This document shows, piece by piece, positions 36,656 to 47,632 of a stretch of DNA of 64,000 bases. The stretch lies in the NCBI GenBank assembly GCA_963662625.1, contig OY759726.1, positions 864,001 to 928,000 on the forward strand, in the 5' to 3' direction. The translations under genes were made by a program, and so were the position numbers. Within the stretch, counting starts at the first letter, position 1; each line of letters starts with the position of its first letter. The notes under the pieces were generated by a model. The model had not been told where the DNA came from, searched no databases, and saw only the letters and a list, made by a program, of their open reading frames with translations. The stretch comes from Nitrosopumilus sp. (GTDB taxonomy: Archaea; Thermoproteota; Nitrososphaeria; Nitrososphaerales; Nitrosopumilaceae).

Positions 36656-37564
36656 TTAGTTGGGATTACTACGGCATGCAAGATGTAGCCCGGGGGATTT
36701 TCTGGCGTCCATGATTGCGTTTTTGAGCCAGCCGTCCATCAGGGAAATCTTTTTTGGAATGAACAGGTCTGCCGTCCTGACGCCGTCCATGCAATCCACC
36801 CTCTGCGTAAGGTCGTCCATCTTGAATATGTCCTCGCTGTACATGAACAGGACGATTTGGTTTTTCGCGATGAACGGGGTTTGCAGGAACGAGCCCGACA
36901 ACCCGTTCTCCATCCTTGCAAGCGTGTCTTTCAGGTCGCCGTCGATCCGGGTTAGTATCACGTGCGGGATAAAGCCCTCGATCTTCGTCGGATCATACAC
37001 CAGCGTGAACTGCACCCCGCCGCTCTTCTGGAGTTTTTCAATGCACCTGGCCACGGTCTTTGTTGACAGATCCGTGCCCCTTGACAGCCCCTCGATCTTC
37101 TGCCTGGGATCGGACATCAGCTGCTCCATGACCTCAAGATCGGTCTTTGTCAGGTTTGCGGCAAATCCGGGACTCTCCGCCTCAAAAATTGAAAGAACCC
37201 TGACGCCTGACATGAGCTTCTTTGCCAGCTCGATCTTCCCCGCGAGATCCTCCTTTGCGACGATGCTGCATACCGTGATGCCCCCCACGCACGGAACCAC
37301 GAAGAACGGCTCGCCCACCAGCCTTACCTGCCCCAGGATCTCCTCCACGTTCTGCCCCGAAACCACGATGTACAGCACGCCGCGGCCAAAGATCGGCGGC
37401 TCGACCTTGATGGAAAACCTTTCAATCACCCCCGATTCCTCCATCTTGCGGATTCTTGCCCTTACCGCGCCGCCCGAGATTCCCAGCCCCTTTCCAATCT
37501 GCCTGTCCGGCTCCCTGCAATTGTTGAGCAGCCTGCTTAGGATCTTGATGTCTAAATTGTCCAA
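36656..37564 (-). CDS. Lrp/AsnC family regulator (tandem HTH)
   Basis: MDNLDIKILSRLLNNCR...GISGGAVRARIRKM; second HTH LTKTDLEVM...STKTVARCIEKL. Confidence 0.88.
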   Translation of the reverse strand: MDNLDIKILSRLLNNCREPDRQIGKGLGISGGAVRARIRKMEESGVIERFSIKVEPPIFGRGVLYIVVSGQNVEEILGQVRLVGEPFFVVPCVGGITVCSIVAKEDLAGKIELAKKLMSGVRVLSIFEAESPGFAANLTKTDLEVMEQLMSDPRQKIEGLSRGTDLSTKTVARCIEKLQKSGGVQFTLVYDPTKIEGFIPHVILTRIDGDLKDTLARMENGLSGSFLQTPFIAKNQIVLFMYSEDIFKMDDLTQRVDCMDGVRTADLFIPKKISLMDGWLKNAIMDARKSPGLHLACRSNPN

Positions 37565-37680
37565 TATGTCACTTGAGTTAGCACTAGATAATATAAAAAT
37601 GCCTAATTTTAACTAAATTTGTCTATAATGATAGCAGAATTCAACAATTACATTATATACAAGACTATTATAGCATTCCC

Positions 37681-38868
37681 ATGGAATACCGGCTGCATCT
37701 GGCAAAACGCATGCTGTTCAACAAGAAGGGCAGCCTGATCGGCGCGGTACTGGCAGTCATGATTGGAATCCTGGTGATCCACGTAAACTTTGTAATCTTT
37801 CAGGGACTGTTTGACGCGATCGTCAGGGACATCAGCAACTACAGGAACGGCGACATCCTTGTAACTGACGACTTTGACTATATCGACAAGTCAGAGATGT
37901 CCGTCATCAACTGGTTTGAGAGGATCCCCTACGTGGAGGCGACCGCGCCGCGGCTGTCCTCTACTGCCGAAATCAACATGACGAAGAACGGGAAGCTGAT
38001 CGAGGAGACAAGGATCCCGATAGTCGGGATAGATCCCTTCCATGACATCCGGGCGTCGACCGTGCACGAAACCATCACCGACGGCACTTACGTCTTTTCC
38101 AGGAACTCGATCGTGCTGGGCTCAAACGTCGCAGAGGATCTGGGGGACGCCCAGGTCGGGGACAACCTGAAGGTCCTGGTGGTTGACAGGTGGGGCCAAG
38201 ACCAGATAAGAAGGTTCACGGTATCCGGCATCGCGAAATCCCCGGGCGGCCAGGGCTTTGACTACACCACCGTGATCCACATCGATACCCTGCGCGACAT
38301 GATGAGCCGCCAGGGGGACACCGGATCCTTCATGGTTAGGCTCAACGACCCGTCAAAGGCATTCGAGGTCAAGGAGCTGTTCCTGAGGTCGTTCCCCAAC
38401 GACGATTTCATAGCCGAAACGATCGAGGAGTCCGCCGAAGAGCAGCTTGCCGGATTCAGATCGGGCATAGCGATGATCAACATGATCGGGTACTTCGGCA
38501 TGATGTCGTCGGCGTTTGCCATAGTCACGATCCAAATGATGCTGGTCAACGGAAAGTCCAGGGACATAGGAATCCTGCGTTCTATTGGCGCCAGAAGGAA
38601 GGACATACTGGTGATCTTCATCTTCCAAGGGATGATCATAGGCGCCATAGGCGCGGGCGCAGGCACGGCCGCGGGCCTGGGCTACACCTTTTACGCAAAG
38701 GAGACAAAGATGTCGTTTAACAACAGCCTGCCGCTAGAGGTAAGCTACGAGTGGGGGAAGATCGCCCAGACCGCCCTCACCGCGTTCATTCTGGCGATAA
38801 TCGCGTCCCTGTACCCCTCGTACCGCGCCACAAAGCTGATGCCCGTGGAAGTAATGCGCAATGCCTAG
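37681..38868 (+). CDS. ABC transporter permease (LolC/E, FtsX-like)
   Basis: N-terminal TM, large loop, KSRDIGILRSIGA, ASLYPSYRATKLMPVEVMR. Confidence 0.9.
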   Translation: MEYRLHLAKRMLFNKKGSLIGAVLAVMIGILVIHVNFVIFQGLFDAIVRDISNYRNGDILVTDDFDYIDKSEMSVINWFERIPYVEATAPRLSSTAEINMTKNGKLIEETRIPIVGIDPFHDIRASTVHETITDGTYVFSRNSIVLGSNVAEDLGDAQVGDNLKVLVVDRWGQDQIRRFTVSGIAKSPGGQGFDYTTVIHIDTLRDMMSRQGDTGSFMVRLNDPSKAFEVKELFLRSFPNDDFIAETIEESAEEQLAGFRSGIAMINMIGYFGMMSSAFAIVTIQMMLVNGKSRDIGILRSIGARRKDILVIFIFQGMIIGAIGAGAGTAAGLGYTFYAKETKMSFNNSLPLEVSYEWGKIAQTALTAFILAIIASLYPSYRATKLMPVEVMRNA

Positions 38869-39556
38869 GGTCCTGGAAATAGAAAACCTGAGCAAGGTCT
38901 ACAACGAGGGCGACAGCAGGGTAAAGGCCCTGGACAACGTCTCGTTTTCCATAGAGAGGGGCGAGACCGCCCTGATAATCGGGAGTTCCGGCTCGGGAAA
39001 GTCAACCCTGCTCAACATGATCGGGCTGCTGGACAGTCCGACGTCGGGCCGGGTGCTCGTTGACGGGACCGACACCACCAAGCTTGACGACAACCAAGTA
39101 TCCTCGTTCCGAAACAGGAAGCTGGGATTCGTCTTCCAGTTCTCCAACCTGCTAAACGACCTGACGGTCTTGGAGAACGTCATGCTCCCGAGGCAGATAG
39201 CGGGCAACGGCGAAACCGCGCAAAAAGAGGCAGTCGACCTGCTCAGGGCAGTCGGCCTGGAGGACCAGATGCACAAGCGCGCAAACAAGATCTCGGGCGG
39301 GCAGGCGCAACGGGCGGCGATCGCCAGGGGGCTGGTCGCACACCCCTCCCTGGTCCTGGCCGACGAGCCCACGGGCAACCTGGACAGCGTCACTTCGGAG
39401 ACGATCGTGCACGTGATGAAGTCCCTGGCAAAAAAACTGGGCCAGACGTTCATAATAGTGACGCATGACAGGCAGCATTTCGGAGACACGGACAGGGTAA
39501 TCACGATCAAGGACGGCAAGGCGTTCGAGGGTGACGCCGCCGGGGCACGGGCATGA
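38861..39556 (+). CDS. ABC transporter ATPase (LolD-like)
   Basis: GSSGSGKST, ISGGQAQR, LADEPTGNLD, VTHD. Confidence 0.95.
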   Translation: MPRVLEIENLSKVYNEGDSRVKALDNVSFSIERGETALIIGSSGSGKSTLLNMIGLLDSPTSGRVLVDGTDTTKLDDNQVSSFRNRKLGFVFQFSNLLNDLTVLENVMLPRQIAGNGETAQKEAVDLLRAVGLEDQMHKRANKISGGQAQRAAIARGLVAHPSLVLADEPTGNLDSVTSETIVHVMKSLAKKLGQTFIIVTHDRQHFGDTDRVITIKDGKAFEGDAAGARA

Positions 39557-40854
39557 TCGGCGCCGCAACCGCGTCCCTGCTTGCGGCGCTGGCGCTGCTC
39601 CCGCTGGTGCCAGCCGGCTCGTCTGCACAAACCATGTCGGGGGGCTTCGGGGACTCCCCGTTTGAGAGGGACTTTGGGGACGTAAAGTTCCTTGACGCGT
39701 ATTTTGGCACGCTTGACTCCAAGATAGAGGTCGAGCCGGGCGACTCGAACGTTCCCCTCACCGCGGTGTTTGCAAACGTCGGGACCCAGGACATCACCGG
39801 AATCAGGGGCCAGCTGTCGCTGCCGTTTTCCTTCTCGCCGTCGGACGGATCGGGCCCGGTCATCCTGGCAGTCAGCGAATCTAACTCCGCGGCAGGGGAC
39901 AACTTCCACCTCACGTTCTTCGTCAACATCGACAAAAACGCGAAAATCCAGCAGTATCCGGGAACCGTCAAGGTGGACTATTCGAGGCTCCGGGAGTCGG
40001 GGGTCAGGACCGCATTCTCCGACTTTACCTTCAAGGTTACGGGGGACAGCATAGTCAACGTCAAGGCACTCGAGCCGTTTCTCACCTCGTTGCAGTCAAA
40101 CAAGGTGGTGATCGAGATATCAAACGACGGCACCGCCCCCCTGTCGAGCGTCGACGTGGTGGCCACCACCTTGGCCGAGTCCGCGCCCGGCACGCCCTCG
40201 GCGACCAACGTCGCGAGCGTCGTCATCCTGGAAACGAACTGGGACGTGGGAAACATCGAGCCCAAATCCGCGGGGTACCTCACTGCGACCGTGTACGTGC
40301 CGGAGAACCTCAAGCGTGACACGCTGCACCTGCCCCTGGAGATCACGTACTACAACGCACACGGCGATCAGCGCACCATCAGCAAGATAGTCGACTTTTA
40401 CGTCAAGGGGATGATCGATCTTTCCGTATACGGGGTCAGGGCAATAGACCTGTCGGGCTCGAAGATGGTGATCGGCGAGATAATCAACGAGGGCAACGAG
40501 GACGCGCTGTTCGGGTTTGTGACCCTGGAGGCCCTGGAGGGCTCCAACATAGCGACCCAGACGCAGTTCATCGACGAGATTGAAACTGACGCGCCGGTCC
40601 CGTTTAACATCCCGCTGGAATTCGACGGCGAGCCAGAGTACGGCCAGCACGACGTCAAAATCACCGTCAGGTACAAGGACAGCACGCGCGACGAGATATT
40701 CCTCGCCCACGAGGCGTCAGTCCTTGTCCAGGAGCCCCCGGCGGCAGACGAATACCCGGTCCCCTACCAGCTGGTGGTAATTCCCGCGGTGGCCGCAGCG
40801 GGGGCGGCGGCAATCGTGCTGCGCAGGAGGAACAAGGCAAAGGCCGGCGCCTGA
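39553..40854 (+). CDS. COG1361 S-layer-domain family protein
   Basis: Signal peptide; repeated NxGT/NxGN Ig-like units; C-terminal TM + basic tail; cotranscribed with the ABC genes. Confidence 0.8.
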   Translation: MIGAATASLLAALALLPLVPAGSSAQTMSGGFGDSPFERDFGDVKFLDAYFGTLDSKIEVEPGDSNVPLTAVFANVGTQDITGIRGQLSLPFSFSPSDGSGPVILAVSESNSAAGDNFHLTFFVNIDKNAKIQQYPGTVKVDYSRLRESGVRTAFSDFTFKVTGDSIVNVKALEPFLTSLQSNKVVIEISNDGTAPLSSVDVVATTLAESAPGTPSATNVASVVILETNWDVGNIEPKSAGYLTATVYVPENLKRDTLHLPLEITYYNAHGDQRTISKIVDFYVKGMIDLSVYGVRAIDLSGSKMVIGEIINEGNEDALFGFVTLEALEGSNIATQTQFIDEIETDAPVPFNIPLEFDGEPEYGQHDVKITVRYKDSTRDEIFLAHEASVLVQEPPAADEYPVPYQLVVIPAVAAAGAAAIVLRRRNKAKAGA

Positions 40855-40960
40855 CCGGCCAGCGTGCGGCAGGATCCACAGGCCGTCCGAAACCTTGCCG
40901 CGGCCAAGCCCCGGGGGCCTGCATTTCTAAATTCATATACGCCGAAGGGAACCAAACCCT

Positions 40961-41161
40961 GTGCAGACGCATAGACAGCTCACAGTCCTGGCCGTAATCC
41001 TGCTAGCGGCCACGTTCTTGATAAACTACTACCACCAGCGGGATCCCGCGGGGGACGGGTTCAACTACGCGTACATCCCGGGCATCGCGATGCTGTTCGC
41101 ATTCATGCTCAGCTTCTTCCTGTTCAGCAGGGACAGGAGAAGGTCCGACCCGAAAAAATAA
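40961..41161 (+). CDS. Small 2-TM hypothetical protein
   Basis: Two TM segments around GFNYAYIPG; TATA-like element upstream. Confidence 0.65.
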   Translation: MQTHRQLTVLAVILLAATFLINYYHQRDPAGDGFNYAYIPGIAMLFAFMLSFFLFSRDRRRSDPKK

Positions 41162-41525
41162 CTCGCGCGCGGCCCGCGCCTGGTTAACCGCCCAGGCGTA
41201 GTCGCCGCAATGCATCCCGCGGCTTTTCCGATCCGTGCCTGGGCTGCATGGCGGCGTCCGCGGCCTCGCACATGGCCCAGCCGCCCCGGCTGCCTGGGTC
41301 GATCTTCTTGATCCTCCCCACGTACGGCCTGCCCCCGACTGGCATGCGGCCGGGCACATACCCGCCCGCGATGCCGTCTGCTTTGGCCCCCGGGCCGGGA
41401 GACGTCCCCTGTCCCGGGGGCCATCAGCACCGCGGCGACCGTCCCGTCGCCGGCCATGCCCGCGGATCCTAACGCGGGCGCATGCCCCAAGCTAAGGTTA
41501 TAAGCAATTGCCCGATCTTGCGATC

Positions 41526-41903
41526 ATGCCCGGGGATGAGATAGAAGTCCCAAAGGAACTGCGCGAATTCATGCCCAGCAATGCAGAAGAGACCGTCCTT
41601 GGACACAAGAACGGCGCAAGGAGGCAGTACAGGTACGGGAAACTGCACATCAGGGAATATGACGACAAGTTCCTCGTGCATTCAGACAACGTGGATCCCA
41701 AGAAGGACGTCCTCGGCCACCTGGTTCACGACGCGCCGGAAGTGCTGGTGGGGCTGGCGTGCGCCGTATTCGGCGGGATCCTGGTGGCAAACAAACTGCA
41801 AAACGCAAAGCCGCCGGCGCCCCCGGGCGCCCTGCTGCCGGCCGTCGTCGGCTACCTCGGGTATGCCGCAGCCAGGAAGGCAAAAAACTGCCTGGGGAAG
41901 TGA
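41526..41903 (+). CDS. Conserved archaeal hypothetical membrane protein
   Basis: GARRQYR..LHIREYDD.FLVH.D.VDP...LGHLVHDAPE + 2 TM; start 41508 or 41526. Confidence 0.7.
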   Translation: MPGDEIEVPKELREFMPSNAEETVLGHKNGARRQYRYGKLHIREYDDKFLVHSDNVDPKKDVLGHLVHDAPEVLVGLACAVFGGILVANKLQNAKPPAPPGALLPAVVGYLGYAAARKAKNCLGK

Positions 41904-41904
41904 C

Positions 41905-43449
41905 ATGTCGCAGCTCAGGACGATCCGGGTTTTGATAACGCTGTTCCCCCCCATCCTGGCCCTTAGGAGGGACAGGAGGAGGTGGGTCAGGACCGAGGGC
42001 AAGGAGACGGACCTGGAGGTCTATCGGAAGAACGCCAGGAAGATCCTGCGCACCTTCATAAAGCTGGGACCCGTCTTCATAAAGCTGGGGCAGTGGCTGT
42101 CCTCGCGGGCCGACATCCTCCCGCAGCCGTACCTGGAGGAGCTTGCCCAACTGCAGGACGACGTCCCAGCGGCCCCGTTCGACCAGGTAAAGCCAATCAT
42201 CGAAAACGACCTCGGACTCCTCGAAGAGAGGTTTGACAGCATAGACACGACCCCCGTCTCGGGCGCGTCGCTGGGCCAGGTCTACCGCGGCAACGTCTCC
42301 GGCAGGCACATCATAGTCAAGGTCAAGAGGCCCGGGATAGAGAGGGTGGTCGAGGACGACCTCAAAGTCCTGAAGAGGCTCCTGCCGCTGGCGCTGAGGT
42401 TCGTGGACCCGAACCTGCGCTTTTCCGCGAAGGTCATGCTGGCGCAGTTCATCGAGACGATCCACGAAGAGATGGACTACACCCGCGAGTCCGAAAACCT
42501 CAAGCAGATAAAGCATGACATGAAAAGCAACCCCAACGTGATCATTCCCTCGGTGTATGACGAGCACTCCTCCAAGAACGTCCTGACCATGGAGTACCTG
42601 CCGGGAATCAAGATCACCAACGTGGAGGCACTCGACGCCAAGGGGATTGACAGGCAGAGGCTGGTAATCAACATCCACAAGGTCTTTTTCACCATGCTGC
42701 TGCGGCACTCCCTCTTCCACGCCGACCCCCACCCGGGGAACATCTCGGTAACCGACGACGGCCGGCTCATCCTGTACGACTACGGGATGGTGGGCAGGCT
42801 GGACAACGAGACCAGGCTCCGCCTCGTCCGCCTGTACCTCGCACTGCTGGAAAAGGATCCCCCGCGCACGGTCAACGCGATGGAGGAGCTGGGCATGCTT
42901 ACCCCTGACTTCAACCGCTCCGTCATAGAAAAGGGCATAGAGCTGACCGTGCGCGCAATGCACGGCACAAAGCCCGACGAAATGGAGATCCAGAGCCTGA
43001 TGGAGCTTGCCAACAAGACGATGAGCAAGTTCCCCTTCATCCTCCCGAAGAACCTGGCCCTGTACATGAGGATGGCCTCCATCATAGAGGGAATCTACAA
43101 GCAGCACAAGGTGGACTTCAAGTTCGTAAAGGTCCTCCGCGAAATACTGGAGGAGGAGCACCTGATCAAGGACGCCTACGTCGAGGAACTAAAGCATTCC
43201 TTTCAAGCGTTTGCAAAATCGATCAACGCCGCCTTTTCGCTGGCCCCGGAACTCAAAAAGTTCATTGACGACAACAGGTCGCTCCAGCGGGACGCGAGGC
43301 CGCAAGTCCTGCTATCTGGAAGCATACTGTCTTCCGCGGTTTTCGTGGGCTCTGCAGTGCTGTTCATGTCCAACGAGGCCCTCGGGCTAGCTGGAATGGC
43401 AGGCGCCATGGCAATCATGGGCGCCTTTGTGATTCTCAGAAAACGCTGA
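41905..43449 (+). CDS. AarF/UbiB (ABC1) atypical kinase
   Basis: LGPVFIKLGQ, ASLGQVY, VKVKRP, EMDY, FHADPHPGN, DYGMVG. Confidence 0.93.
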   Translation: MSQLRTIRVLITLFPPILALRRDRRRWVRTEGKETDLEVYRKNARKILRTFIKLGPVFIKLGQWLSSRADILPQPYLEELAQLQDDVPAAPFDQVKPIIENDLGLLEERFDSIDTTPVSGASLGQVYRGNVSGRHIIVKVKRPGIERVVEDDLKVLKRLLPLALRFVDPNLRFSAKVMLAQFIETIHEEMDYTRESENLKQIKHDMKSNPNVIIPSVYDEHSSKNVLTMEYLPGIKITNVEALDAKGIDRQRLVINIHKVFFTMLLRHSLFHADPHPGNISVTDDGRLILYDYGMVGRLDNETRLRLVRLYLALLEKDPPRTVNAMEELGMLTPDFNRSVIEKGIELTVRAMHGTKPDEMEIQSLMELANKTMSKFPFILPKNLALYMRMASIIEGIYKQHKVDFKFVKVLREILEEEHLIKDAYVEELKHSFQAFAKSINAAFSLAPELKKFIDDNRSLQRDARPQVLLSGSILSSAVFVGSAVLFMSNEALGLAGMAGAMAIMGAFVILRKR

Positions 43450-43839
43450 CTAGTCTATCTTGATGTCCCGGCCGTTTTTTTTGACGGGGATCACCACGGT
43501 CAGGACTCCGTTCTCGAACTTGGCCGAACTCGTGTAGTCCTTGCCGTCCACGGGGTCGATCGGCAGCCGCAGCCTCTTGTCTATCACGTTTGGCCTCTGG
43601 TTGCAGATCATCTTGGCGTCCTTCTCGTGGCCTTCCTTGCACGCCTGGATTGAGAGGACGTTCTCCTCCAGCGACAGCCTGATGTCCCCCTTGTCAAACC
43701 CGGGAACGTCGACTACCACGGACAGCTTGTCGCCGTCAAGGCGCATATCCACGGGCGGCAGGACAAACTCGTAAAACTCCCTGGTCTTGTTCCCGATCTC
43801 CCTCATCATGTCGTTTGCCATGGCCTTCGCAAGTTCCAT
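43450..43839 (-). CDS. Hsp20 small heat shock protein
   Basis: PPVDM, DVPGFDK, AKFENGVLTVVIP. Confidence 0.92.
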   Translation of the reverse strand: MELAKAMANDMMREIGNKTREFYEFVLPPVDMRLDGDKLSVVVDVPGFDKGDIRLSLEENVLSIQACKEGHEKDAKMICNQRPNVIDKRLRLPIDPVDGKDYTSSAKFENGVLTVVIPVKKNGRDIKID

Positions 43840-43914
43840 TTCGTGTTATATGATTGATTTTTGGTTATAAACCTTGATAGACTTTTAATCGGCAGGCTTC
43901 CAGTTCAGGTGCCC

Positions 43915-44505
43915 ATGATTATCGCCATAGAGGGGGGGGATCAGGCGGGGAAAAAAACCCAGACCCGGCTGCTTGCAAGGGCCCTGAAGAAGCGGAAGGT
44001 CAGGGCCGCCACGTTCAGCTTTCCCGACTACCGGACCCCCATAGGCAAGGAGATCCTCCTGTACCTAGGGGGGAAAAGGAGGTTCCCGCCCCAGGTGATC
44101 CACTGCCTGTTTTCCGCAAACAGGTGGGAGAGGCTCGACGACATACTGGACGCCGCCTCAAAAAACCACGTTGTAATCATGAACCGCTACTACCATTCCA
44201 ACCTGGTCTACGGCCTGGCGAACGGGATGGGGCAGCGCTGGCTGGAGGGCTTGGACAGGGGACTGCCCAAACCCGACATGGTGGTCCTGCTTGACGTGCC
44301 CCGTGAGGAACCGTTCCGCAGAAAGCGGGCCAACCGGGACAGGTTTGAAAAGGAGGACGGGTTCCTGCAAAAGATTCTTGAAACGTACAGGATCGTTGCC
44401 AAAAGGCGCCGCTGGAAGGTCGTCGACGCGGCCAGGCCGGAACAGCAGGTCCACCAAGACATCCTGAAAGCATTCGAGAGGCACCATGAAGAAAAACTAC
44501 CTTGA
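43915..44505 (+). CDS. tmk: Thymidylate kinase
   Basis: IEGGDQAGKKTQ, FPDY, ANRWE, NRYYHSNLVYG, PKPD. Confidence 0.93.
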   Translation: MIIAIEGGDQAGKKTQTRLLARALKKRKVRAATFSFPDYRTPIGKEILLYLGGKRRFPPQVIHCLFSANRWERLDDILDAASKNHVVIMNRYYHSNLVYGLANGMGQRWLEGLDRGLPKPDMVVLLDVPREEPFRRKRANRDRFEKEDGFLQKILETYRIVAKRRRWKVVDAARPEQQVHQDILKAFERHHEEKLP

Positions 44506-45721
44506 CATAATAGATCCCATCCATGACTTTATACGCGTGTATGATCACGAGCTGGAGATCATCGACAGCCCGATCTTTCAGAGGCTGCGGAGAATCAAGC
44601 AGCTCTCGGGCGCGCACCTGACCTACCCCGCCGCGCAGCATACGCGGTTTGAGCACTCCTTGGGGGTGATGCACATAGCGGGCCAGGCAGGCAGCGCGCT
44701 TTCGGAGAAGGGGATACTGGACTCTGGCGAGGCCAGGATCCTGAGGCTCGCCGGCCTCCTGCACGACGTCGGCCACGGGCCCTTCTCGCACCTTTTCGAG
44801 GAGATCATCAACAGGAAAAAATCCTCCCACGAGGACTTTGGCAGGGAGATCGTCCTGAACTCCGAGATAGGCGACACGCTGTCAAAGCACGGATTCGGCA
44901 AGGAACTCGTGGCCGCCGTCGCATTCGGGGAGTCCGGGCGCCAGTACATGAACGAGATCATCTCCGGCGCCCTGAGCGCGGACATGATGGACTACCTGAA
45001 GAGGGACGGGTATTTCACGGGCGCAGAGCACGCCAAGGTGGATCACAAGAGAATGACGCAGTCGCTGGAGGTGCACCGTGGGAAACTGGCGCTGGAAAGG
45101 TCCGCGCTGTACTCGTTCGAGTCCATGACGCACTCGCGGTACGAGATGTTCAAGGCGGTATATTTCCACAAGACCGTAAGGGCGGCCGAGGTGATGCTCC
45201 TGGAGGCGCTGAGGCTGTCCGACGACGAGTTCGGGTTTACCTCGCTTGACATCGAGGAATACGTGCAGCTTACGGACGAACACGTGCTGTCCCAGATGAT
45301 CTCCTCAAAGTCTCCCAAGTTGGGGCGGGCGAGGAAGCTTGCCAAGGACTACCAGGACAGGAGGCTGCTAAAGTGCGTCTACGAGAGGATCCTGACCGGC
45401 AGGACGGGCCTGGGAAACATCAAGACGGCCGAGCTCCGCGAGTCCATATCGCGCAAATCCGGCGTCGACGGGCAGGAGATCTTCGTAGACAGTTCCGTCA
45501 CCCCGTCCATACCGCTCGCGCCGTCAAAAAGCGAGTCCAAGTCCATAATACTGGTCACAAACGACGACGGCGGCCAATCTGCCGAAGAGATGCCGATCTC
45601 CGAGATCCCAGTGGTCTCCGCAATCTCCGGGTTCATGAACATACTCCGGATCTACGCGCACCGGGAGCATCGAAAAAAGGTTGAAATTGCGGCCAGATCA
45701 ATCATCGGCGGGTTAGAATGA
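44486..45721 (+). CDS. HD-domain phosphohydrolase (dNTPase/SAMHD1-like)
   Basis: [46 protein letters not shown]. Confidence 0.92.
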   Translation: MKKNYLDIIDPIHDFIRVYDHELEIIDSPIFQRLRRIKQLSGAHLTYPAAQHTRFEHSLGVMHIAGQAGSALSEKGILDSGEARILRLAGLLHDVGHGPFSHLFEEIINRKKSSHEDFGREIVLNSEIGDTLSKHGFGKELVAAVAFGESGRQYMNEIISGALSADMMDYLKRDGYFTGAEHAKVDHKRMTQSLEVHRGKLALERSALYSFESMTHSRYEMFKAVYFHKTVRAAEVMLLEALRLSDDEFGFTSLDIEEYVQLTDEHVLSQMISSKSPKLGRARKLAKDYQDRRLLKCVYERILTGRTGLGNIKTAELRESISRKSGVDGQEIFVDSSVTPSIPLAPSKSESKSIILVTNDDGGQSAEEMPISEIPVVSAISGFMNILRIYAHREHRKKVEIAARSIIGGLE

Positions 45722-46404
45722 CTAAAAAACGGATCGTCATCAAGCTGTCCGGCAGGGCGTTTGGCATGGAAGACGCAAAGCTCCTGAAGGGATACGCGTC
45801 GTTCCTGGCCAAGATCAGCAAGATCTGCCAGCCCATAGTCGTCGCAGGCGGGGGCAGGATCGCCCGCCACTACATCAACCACGCGCGCACCTCGGGCGCC
45901 GACGAGTCCACGCTCGACGAGCTTGGAATAGAGATCTCGAGGCTAAACGCAAAACTCCTGATCTACGCGCTGGACGGCAGGGCCTACTCCCGCCCGCCCA
46001 CCAGCCTGCAGGAGGTAAGGGACGCGGCGGACGGCGGGCTGATCGTGGTCGCCGGCGGGCTGCACCCGGGACAGAGCACCAACGGGACGGCCGCGCTCAT
46101 CGCCGAAAAGACGGGCGCCGCCCAGTTTCTGAACGCCACCGACGTCGACGGAGTATACGACATGGATCCCAACAAGTCCAAGAACGCGAAAAAATTCAAG
46201 AAGATCGAATTGAAGCACCTGAAGAACATCCTCGTCCACGAGGATTCGGTCGCCGGCGGCCACGACCTGATGGACATAGTGGCCCTGAAGATCATCGAGC
46301 GCTCAAGAATCAGGACCAAGATCATAAAGGCCGACACGAAGGTCATCGAAAAGGCCATCCGCGGCGACAGCGTGGGCACCGAGATAACCCTCCCGCCAAG
46401 GTAG
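45718..46404 (+). CDS. pyrH: UMP kinase
   Basis: [31 protein letters not shown]. Confidence 0.95.
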   Translation: MTKKRIVIKLSGRAFGMEDAKLLKGYASFLAKISKICQPIVVAGGGRIARHYINHARTSGADESTLDELGIEISRLNAKLLIYALDGRAYSRPPTSLQEVRDAADGGLIVVAGGLHPGQSTNGTAALIAEKTGAAQFLNATDVDGVYDMDPNKSKNAKKFKKIELKHLKNILVHEDSVAGGHDLMDIVALKIIERSRIRTKIIKADTKVIEKAIRGDSVGTEITLPPR

Positions 46405-46761
46405 CTACTTGGAGGCCTCTCTTTGCACGGCCCGGCGGGTCTCGGACCAGATCTGGATCTCGCTGCCCGGGTACTCCGGAACGCCGGAATCCCGGAGCCT
46501 CTTGAATATCCCGAGCGCCTCCTCTTTTGGCACAGCCTTGGACTGCGCCTTCGTAAACCCGTCGCCGTCCACCAGGATGGCCACGTGCCCGTCGGGGGAA
46601 GTGACGACCGCGGCCAGGTCCTCCTCTCCCACCGGCTCGAAACTCCCGGCCACCTTCTTGGTGGTCAGCGTGAGCATCCCGAACCCCGCGGCCTCGAACA
46701 TCCTGAGCTGCGACTTGCCCGCCCTCTGCTTTCCCTGCTGGACAGCCTGAAAATACCGCAT
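46405..46761 (-). CDS. Conserved hypothetical protein
   Basis: MRYFQAVQQGK...DGFTKAQSK; fills the gap between convergent and divergent genes. Confidence 0.7.
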   Translation of the reverse strand: MRYFQAVQQGKQRAGKSQLRMFEAAGFGMLTLTTKKVAGSFEPVGEEDLAAVVTSPDGHVAILVDGDGFTKAQSKAVPKEEALGIFKRLRDSGVPEYPGSEIQIWSETRRAVQREASK

Positions 46762-46831
46762 GGTGAGTCTCCGTTGCAAATGGTATAATAACTATCTTGA
46801 CGTTAAGATACCCGGAGAGTGCGTCGTACAA

Positions 46832-47392
46832 GTGAACCCGAAGATCTTCGTATTTGCGGCAGTCGCGGTGCTGGCAGTGGCGCTGGGATCCGTCCTTTTC
46901 ACCAGTTCCACGATATTCGAGCCCCCCGCCGGGCCCTCGCAGGGGGCCGCGCCGGACCAGCCGGCGCGGCTGGAACCAATCTCCGTCGAACTCGACGGGG
47001 TCTCCGTCTCCGAAGTCAACGACAGGTCCGCAAGCATTGAGATCAGGTTCGTCGTAAGCAACCCGAACCCGGTCTCCGTCCTGGTGCAGGTCATGGACTA
47101 CCAGCTGTACGAGGCAGGGTTCTCCGAGACCGTCCAGGTCTCGGGCGGCCAGATAGGCAGCAGGGCCGCAGGCATGATAGAGTTCGGGAACAACTACTAC
47201 ACCCTGCTTGGGGAAAACTCCCTGGTGCTAAAAGACGAGATCGTGCTGAAGAACACGGGAAACGCGCCCGAGTTGTGGTCTGCACTCCGGGGCAACACCG
47301 CGCAGTGGAAGGTCACGGGGGACGTCTTCTACAACCTGAGCTCCATGACCAGCGGCCAGGAGAACGAGGTCCACTTTGAGTTCACCACGTAG
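46832..47392 (+). CDS. Membrane-anchored LEA_2/WHy-like protein
   Basis: N-terminal TM; IRFVVSNPNP, MDYQLY; resembles 9472..9969. Confidence 0.7.
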   Translation: MNPKIFVFAAVAVLAVALGSVLFTSSTIFEPPAGPSQGAAPDQPARLEPISVELDGVSVSEVNDRSASIEIRFVVSNPNPVSVLVQVMDYQLYEAGFSETVQVSGGQIGSRAAGMIEFGNNYYTLLGENSLVLKDEIVLKNTGNAPELWSALRGNTAQWKVTGDVFYNLSSMTSGQENEVHFEFTT

Positions 47393-47494
47393 GGCGCAGT
47401 CCATGTATCACAAAACTCGAATATTGTGCTAATTTGTTTTCGTGATGGAAATATTGGCAAAGTTATAAAAGCCCCCAAGGCGGGTCTTTATCAA

Positions 47495-47605
47495 ATGGCA
47501 GAAGCAGGAATGGCCGCCTTTGGCTCAGCAGTAGGAGTAGCAATTGCACTAGCAGTAGTATGTTTCGCTCTCCGTGGTAAGGGGCATCCCGAATCACTAG
47601 AATAG
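47495..47605 (+). CDS. Single-TM microprotein (36 aa; not in ORF track)
   Basis: MAEAGMAAFGSAVGVAIALAVVCFALRGKGHPESLE; TTATAAAA box at 47463 about 25 nt upstream; T-rich tract downstream. Confidence 0.72.
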   Translation: MAEAGMAAFGSAVGVAIALAVVCFALRGKGHPESLE

Positions 47606-47632
47606 GGAAACCCCACAATATTTTTCATCTTC

